From Phoronis australis (taxonomy: Eukaryota; Animalia; Phoronida): DNA of 64,000 nt. Numbering within the stretch: position 1 is the first letter of the stretch; each line of letters opens with the position of its first letter. The notes beneath the pieces are model-generated. The model searched no databases and was not told the origin of the DNA. It saw only the letters and a list, made by a program, of their open reading frames with translations. Positions 57,901 to 64,000 of the stretch are shown in pieces. The translations under genes were made by a program, and so were the position numbers. The DNA is taken from contig NMRA01000010.1 in NCBI GenBank assembly GCA_002633005.1, positions 923,252 through 987,251 on the forward strand. The letters run 5' to 3'.

Positions 57901-60380
57901 CGGTATAACGAGACAGTTGGGAATATTGAAGTTTCGCTAACGAGTTAGTTAATTGATATTCATCTGTGATAGTACAAATTTATATGTCTCCTGTTTAAAG
58001 TCCACGCTATGTTAATTAGCTTAAGCCGAACCCGCAAATTTCAACGTGGAATGTGTTTCTAAGTACAGCGCTGTGGTTTTGGTTACGTACGCTTCTGTAT
58101 CGTGCTTGAGGGTCGGCAAGGCGAGCTAGCGAGTCTGTAACTGGGTAGAGTCCATAAGCAGTGCGTACAAACAAGGAACTATTTTATGGGTGCGGCACCC
58201 GTATTGAGCAGATAGCCTGCATACGATTAATGATGTCATTATGATTCCTCATTCAACGTTGAGGCCACCGTTTGTGCGCCACATTTGGGAACATCATCTG
58301 AAAACTACGAGAAAGCCGTGATCAAAAAATCCACTTCTCATCCTAGGTTGGTTTTGCGAAATCACCTTTGTAGTTTGATATTGGAACCGCGGTTGGCTTG
58401 TATGTAAACAATCGCATTCAGACAAGTACCGTGAATAACAAAATCCAGATGATAAAAACTGCTTGGGGATTCGAAACACATGTAGTAGAACCTTTTTTAA
58501 GGGTTTTCATAACCAAGAAAGCCTTATGCGTCAACTTTTGTTTCGTTTCGAAAAGGGGAACAGGTCATTCTAGAGTCCAAAAATATCATGAACTGAACAA
58601 TAGCATTTAGAGGAATTTGAACAAGATCGCCTGGAGCAGCTACATGAGACGCCTGGCACATTTTCTGGCTGTTACGGCCTTGTTTGGGGTTCGGATACTA
58701 TGAAACGTTGTTTTTTCAAAGCTGACATATTACTCTTAGACTGAAAAACTGAATACTGCCCCACGCTTATGGTCCAAAACCCAAACACATGACCATCAAT
58801 CTACATAACGACATCAGTGCTGAAGAAGAACCCTGGCTCACAGGCAAAGCAATTCCAAAAGATTATGCAGAACCCAGCATAACATGGTGGAGCTGAAAAT
58901 TATCTTTTTTAATAAGTTGCACTGCCGTCACCCCTATAATCGCTGGACTTAACGATAAATTCCCGTATAACGAACGAGGCTGGCTTTGCATAGTGTACAC
59001 TACATTCAAATATCAGCACTTGTCAGTTTTGTAACTGAGGGCTCACTAAGACGAACGAAAGATATTGGTGTTGCTGCGTCATCGTCAACTCCACTCAAAT
59101 CAAATGGATTGTAAAATTCAACAGTTGGCCGTAGTAATGCACCAGGATGGAACCCCCAGAGAAGTTTTAAGAATAATCCTGCCGACATTATCTCTAAGTT
59201 CAGCTGTAACTTTCGAGAACAAATATACAAAAGTGGCCACCGAGTCACTTCGCCTCCTCACATTAAGCACCAACTCATACTGACAAAATGTAATTTTAAA
59301 TGTTTAACGTGTCACGTTTTACTTTTCAATCGTGTTTCATAAACTACATGTAGGTGTACTGCCTAAAATGTAGCATAAAACGGCAAAACGTAGAAACGTT
59401 ATATTCAATAAATAAACGACTTTTAGAGTATTTTGAGCAAAAACGGCGGCAGTCTTGATTTTTGAAGGGTTCCCTCAAAAATGCCGTTTTTAACCTGTTG
59501 GCAATTGGAGTAACAACATTTTAAAAATCTCTTTTCAAACTCAAAATTTATATTAAAAAACGCATATCTCGTAAAAAGATTATGACGAGTAAATAAGAGT
59601 AATAAACTGCGTCAGGAAATTTATTCACCTTTCAGAAAATATATGCTTTGTACAGGTTGGATCTGACGAAATTTAAGGTATTTGCACAGAAGTTCTGAGG
59701 ATCTGGGATGTTGTGCAAACATATCGTCCGTAAGTTTTATGACCTTAGCTTATGTACGACGCACGTACCAGCATCAATTTCAGCTTGCAATCAGACATTA
59801 TGAATCTATTTAAACATTATTTGGATTTATGCCTGACATAATTTACGAATAATGCTACAGACAATGACCTATTGCAGATTATCGAATTTCATTTAGCTTA
59901 CAAAAATCAGGTTAACAACTTCAATAATTCTAGACATGTATGACATCAATATGAAAAAGTGATTGCGAAACAAGCGTTTAGCACAGTTACACTTGACATT
60001 CCGATTTCGCGGTCGTATATCTTGTGCATGTTTTAGCAATATCCAGCATAGAGAGCACTGCACGACGTCTAGTGTCAACACGTTACTGCTTATATCAAGA
60101 TATGACGAACCTGACAATGCTTGCAAAAACATAGAATACCCGGATGAATTGCAGTTACACATCGTGCATGCGTCACTGGAAATAGAACGTGATATCGATA
60201 ACTTACTCTTTTCTGGTCATACTTGAGGGCAAGCAACAGATTTTGTAGATTCGTGTTTGAGGTACTGCGTTTTTTCTGGGATCCTGTTAAGGTGGTCGTG
60301 ACCTCTTCAGATGTTCGGCACTGATTCAGCAGTTGAACGGCGTAGTTCTTACATTTTTCGTTCAGTTGTCTATATTCGGT
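41481..60380 (-). CDS. Gene span (5' part outside window): TRPC-family (short transient receptor potential / TRP-gamma-like) cation channel, 11 exons, ~788 aa
   Basis: Phase-consistent exons encode [18 protein letters not shown], six TM helices, LFW pore helix, [26 protein letters not shown] and LVKRY. Confidence 0.92.
44832..44934 (-). CDS. TRPC-like exon: rib helix
   Basis: [15 protein letters not shown]; phase 0-1. Confidence 0.88.
45373..45486 (-). CDS. TRPC-like exon: C-terminal linker
   Basis: ttgcag acceptor, NNTRGRG...KLDPYR, gtaaga donor; phase 0-0; joins to give [12 protein letters not shown]. Confidence 0.75.
46055..46243 (-). CDS. TRPC-like exon: TRP box
   Basis: [33 protein letters not shown]; phase 0-0. 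Confidence 0.95.
48762..48994. repeat. (TAAC)n microsatellite, partly degenerate
   Basis: Long aactaactaact runs ending about 25 bp from a splice donor. Confidence 0.95.
49019..49262 (-). CDS. TRPC-like exon: pore helix and S6
   Basis: [10 protein letters not shown]...[36 protein letters not shown]; phase 2-0. Confidence 0.95.
50220..50337 (-). mobile_element. tRNA-derived SINE-like sequence
   Basis: Minus strand GGGATTTAGCTTCGCTAGCAGAGCG...GCAGGGTCGATTCCGC: A/B-box-like motifs, imperfect stems. Confidence 0.45.
50445..50624 (+). mobile_element. Family A element (copy with internal tandem expansions)
   Basis: Same arms as copy 1; TAGGACCTAC(GC) and CTAGCTAAAAT units repeated about 3 times. 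Confidence 0.85.
51941..52468. mobile_element. Possible degenerate Harbinger-like MITE
   Basis: Imperfect inverted ends sharing GGGT.C...TC.TG.AA and TTAAGACC...GGCTAAGTT. Confidence 0.35.
52555..52696 (-). CDS. TRPC-like exon: S4-S5 linker and S5
   Basis: [36 protein letters not shown]; phase 1-2. Confidence 0.93.
53210..53347 (-). CDS. TRPC-like exon: S4
   Basis: [31 protein letters not shown]; phase 1-1. Confidence 0.93.
54455..54597 (-). mobile_element. Family A element (inverted, diverged; another fragment near 54340)
   Basis: Reverse-complement match: GGACCTCGATAAAAAGCAAGAC...GAGAACACGTG...GGTCCTAGCGTT; ends about 7 bp from the exon donor. Confidence 0.7.
54605..54907 (-). CDS. TRPC-like exon: S2-S3 and long Cys-rich S3-S4 loop
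   Basis: [24 protein letters not shown]; phase 1-1. Confidence 0.93.
55119..55262 (+). mobile_element. Family A element
   Basis: GTTCAGTAACGCTA...CTAGCGTTACTGAACGGGAGGCAG. Confidence 0.85.
56288..56447 (+). mobile_element. hAT-like MITE, family B (copy 2) with 5-bp TSD
   Basis: CAGGAGCGGATCCAG ... CTAAATCCGCTACTG; GACAC duplicated at 56283-56287 and 56448-56452. Confidence 0.75.
56792..57008 (-). CDS. TRPC-like exon: S1-S2
   Basis: [23 protein letters not shown]...VLIFCWAA; phase 0-1. Confidence 0.93.
57719..57883 (-). CDS. TRPC-like exon: pre-S1 elbow
   Basis: [17 protein letters not shown]...[12 protein letters not shown]; phase 0-0. Confidence 0.93.
60207..60380 (-). CDS. TRPC-like exon: helical linker (most 5' exon found)
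   Basis: [27 protein letters not shown]...[10 protein letters not shown]; phase 0-0. Confidence 0.92.
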
Positions 60381-62373
60381 CTGAAAGCAAGTCTCTCAAT
60401 GAAGTTCTAAATGCGTACATGTACATTTAAGCTGCATTTATCCTGTTTAGCTGACTGTAAACGAAAATGGAATTAGACCTTATTCCCTCACAAAATTGTT
60501 TAATAGCATTCCTTGCCATGACAGGATTCCATTTCTGAAGAACATCAATTCCATCATTGACTCCTGAAAACGATTCAAAATGTATTGGGGTTGGCCAACA
60601 CTAATTTTCTATGTCAAAAATGTTACATGTACATGTAAGCATTGCCTTGGCCTGAGTTGGTAACGGAAATGGAATTCTATGACTGTACGAAATGTTATGA
60701 GGCTGATTAATGTTGTGTGAGAGTTTGGATTATGGAAAACAGTGAGAACTGATGGGGCTACCCTCATTGTAAATATTACAAAAATGAATACATAAATACA
60801 TCAATAAATAAATATGCAAGTTTCATTCATGTATGAATCCGTTCAGCAATTTCTGAGCTATGATATTCCAAAGTTAGACAAATTTGGGGTCCTACATAAC
60901 CTTACACTCATAAGAATGCCTTCGTAAACTGTAACATGGCGAACTAGCTTGTGCAGTTATTGGTAATATTTCGTGACAATCTTGTGTATCCTTGGTCTCG
61001 CCAATAGTTGATACACAAGTGGAGAACTTGTCGAAAGTTAAAGAGAAAGTTGTCAAAACAGTCGTGCATAGCGATTGGCGAAATCAAGCGAGTCTCTTGG
61101 CACGTCATCATGGACTGCACGAGTAACGAAGCACAACGGTGAACGCTATCACGCATAAATTTAGGTGAGAAAAGTATACTGGCAGATGACACAACAAACG
61201 GAACCGACGGCGAATTACCCACTACGGTACAGGCGTGTAGATCTTATTAACATCAAGTACAAAGTGTGGACCGGTATGAACAGACAATGAACACATGCGC
61301 ACTTTCAAAGTATGAACATTGTTTACAATCCATGCTAAATTCAATGCCCGGAAGAATTGCAACCATACTGTGGTCGTGACCACAGGCCCTCTCATTAGCC
61401 GCTGGACATTACACAAAACATATAATTACACTTCACATGTTTAATTAGCCTACTGGCGTTGATGCTTAGTTTATTGTACATTTGATGAGGATACAGCCAA
61501 CATACACGAATGACATCATCTTATCTTGGCAATATGCCTCGTATTCCGCAGCTCGCTCACCGAGAAAAGGCCCCATATCCATTTTGTTGCAATTCCCATG
61601 TTCAAACTAGCCCCGTATCAAGTGAAAATAAAACACACGAGGCACGGATAACTACAGCGGCCCAAAGATGACATCGCACGTTTCTTTTCTAATCAAGTCG
61701 GGATCTCGCGATGTCATCTTTGAGCCACGGTACTAACCGAGAGAGCTGATTGGTCAAATAAAACACAGGAGCGTATGAACATGTGTAAGAAATTTCGTTT
61801 CAAGGTGTTCTGATATTTAATTTCGTGGCCCTCACCCGCATGTCCCGCCACTATGTTGTTATATTCACTTAATGTGGTTAGTTTGAACATGCGCATTGAA
61901 ACAAATTTGATATTGGACTTTTTCGGTGAATGCGCTATGGAATTTGTGACATATTGCATAGATCATATGATGAAATCTGTCAATAATGATTATATACCTA
62001 CTAAAGGAACAATAAATCAAGCATTAATCACTGTAATTAACGATCTTAATCGTATTTTAACTCTCCGTTAATTTTTATCACTTAAAAGTCGCCTGCTACA
62101 AGGCGGCCATATTGAATGGCTTTTGTATGCCTTCTACGTACTGTAGTGTAACTTCAAGCCGACTGTGCGTTACTGTAAACTTTGCTCCTGATACGAGGAA
62201 CTTACACCAATGTCGCATAAATGCCAAGAAGCCAACTTTGAATGATAAAACACTTAAACATGACACCTGCAATGAGTTTTGAGAGGCTGAGCACACCAAT
62301 GACGTGCATCTATAATTTGCGAGATGGGAATAAGTGTCTTTTTGTTCCATTTCCCTTGACATCATGGTGCAAA

Positions 62374-62535
62374 CCTGGCGTGCGTTTAGTAGACGCTAGG
62401 ACCTACACTAGAACGGACCTAGCTAAAACCTAGTCAAAGTCACGTGTTCTTATTTAAAATGCACGGCAAAATCTCACGTAATCTCGCGAAGTCTTGCTTT
62501 TTAGCGAGGTCCTAGCGTTACTGAATGGGAGGCTG
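62374..62535 (+). mobile_element. Family A element
   Basis: CCTGGCGTGCGTTTAG...GGTCCTAGCGTTACTGAATGGGAGGCTG. Confidence 0.85.
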
Positions 62536-63827
62536 TTATAAACTGATGTTTGTAAGGCCCCACGCGAAGTTATGTATCAAGATGGCGATTTTGTCCCACA
62601 GTTCCGCTTACTTTCGATTGAAAACCAACTAGCGGCCTATTGCGTTACGGCAAGAACTCTTATACGTTATTCTATTCAAACCCTAAATTGTTAAATAAAA
62701 CTACTTTCCGACCTTTCGCTCATTGTTCTATGTTTTCGCGGTGGAGCAATGGGGAGGCAAAAAGAAAAGTTTACATGTCCCTTGACGTGCCAAAGCTTTT
62801 AGAGATTAAACCGTTTTGTATGTTGCTGAAGTATTGGTGGGAATACCTAGATCTAGTTAGGCCCAAGACGTTTAAAGAACAAAAACCTGTACAATGAAGG
62901 AAGGAATTTTTTTCTGGTGTTGGAGTTCTGTTGATGTCGTCTATTATTTGTTTCATGATAAAAACCTCCATCTTATGTAATATCGATCATTTGAGGCTAG
63001 TGATGACATCTGGGATTTCTATGACAAATGACTCTGCTGCCAGGTAATTCACTTACCTTTAATGACCAAATTATATCAGCGCAATTCATCAAAGCGACTA
63101 AACTTATACATGTAATGCCCTATGGAATGTTTTGCAGCTACACCCACGGCTAAAATGTGAGAATGCATGATTCCTAGGGTAAATCTGATGAACGAATCGT
63201 GCTTTTATATCAGGTTTTGAAATACTTAATGAAGGTATCTTGGATTCCGACTTATAAAATGTGGTCGCATAGTCTCTGCTTTAGAATAGTAGTTTATATT
63301 TTTTCTGAAAAAATAAAGTCGGTTTGAAATTTGCGAAGTTGTCATTTGATCCCATATCTAGTCTTCTATCATTTAGTACTAGCACCCAGAACGGGGTCAC
63401 CCCGTTTGTTCCCGTTTTATCTACATGGGGTTCTATGTGTCTAGTTTTCTGTGCATCGGGCGGAGTTCTGTGTGTCCCGGGTTATGTGTATCCCGGTGTG
63501 GTAGTGGTGATTGTCCCCCTGTGCATGTATTTCAATGTCAGCATGCCAGCGCGTTAGCCAGATGCTTCATTCAAATACACGCGAGCCAGACAATTTCTCC
63601 AGGTGGACCATGGTTACTTTCACACAGTGTTCTATGTGTCCGTGGTCAGCATTGGACCAGCCAAGGAAACCAACATAAAATCATCGTGTGCGACCTAGCC
63701 AAAATCTCGCAAACTTTTAAGGCGCCCTTTCAAGATCTAGCTCGCACTTGACAATTCCAGGGGACATCGCTTGGTATGACAACGACTAGGATCCGATGAG
63801 GATGTATAACAACAACACGTTACCAGG

Positions 63828-63920
63828 CCGTCAGGCATTCGCATCCCTGAACTACCAAATAGAATCTGGTAGAATTTTAGGGGGCATGACCCCTTTGGAC
63901 CCCCTCTAAATCCGCCACTG
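63828..63920 (+). mobile_element. Family B MITE, 3' half
   Basis: CCGTCAGGCATTCGCA...AGAATTTTAGGGGGCATG...CTAAATCCGCCACTG matches the right half of 56288-56447. Confidence 0.7.
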
Positions 63921-64000
63921 GAACATACTCCATTACTTGTAGAATTTTTTGTCCTATATCAAAATCGAAAAACACCTCAAAATTGCCATGTGGACTTAAA

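Noticed and set aside
63057-63097. Next upstream TRPC exon (strong GTAAGT donor on - strand)
   Set aside because: Translation ALMNCADIIWSLK does not resemble the expected TRPC segment; the upstream exons probably lie outside the window
63324-63780. GC-richer stretch with 77-108 aa ORFs
   Set aside because: No identifiable homology in any frame; cannot support a call

Overview
Eukaryotic (invertebrate metazoan, probably lophotrochozoan-like; this is an inference) AT-rich genomic DNA with spliceosomal introns and two single-N assembly joins (3539, 39493). I reconstructed three genes by hand from GT-AG boundaries and phase continuity. (1) The last exon of a + strand gene encoding a spondin-type thrombospondin-1 repeat (1039-1277). 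(2) A complete + strand gene with 30 coding exons (ATG 7252 to TAA 39209, 6642 nt, about 2213 aa) encoding a single-pass membrane protein: signal peptide, [F5/8C-EGF]x2, LamG, Thr-rich, LamG, LamG, Thr-rich, Ig-like, VWD (NDPH), polybasic linker, Cys-rich, EGF, beta/Cys-rich region, TM, short Tyr-motif tail. This is a VWDE-like C-half with a large lectin/adhesion N-half. (3) The 3' 11 exons (about 788 aa) of a convergent - strand TRPC-family channel with LFW pore helix, EWKFAR box, LVKRY, a long Cys-rich S3-S4 loop and a C-terminal -SQL. Introns and intergenic DNA hold a 5'-truncated LINE with a 21-bp TSD, a Kolobok-like TTAA element, Harbinger-like and hAT-like MITEs, a multi-copy inverted-repeat element, tRNA-derived SINE heads and microsatellites. 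Notable oddities: a 39-bp x4 tandem repeat that quadruplicates a splice donor in frame, a perfect AG|GTAAG recursive-splice-type junction at a symmetric LamG exon, and a ~730-bp duplicated last exon at an N that is probably a haplotype overlap.
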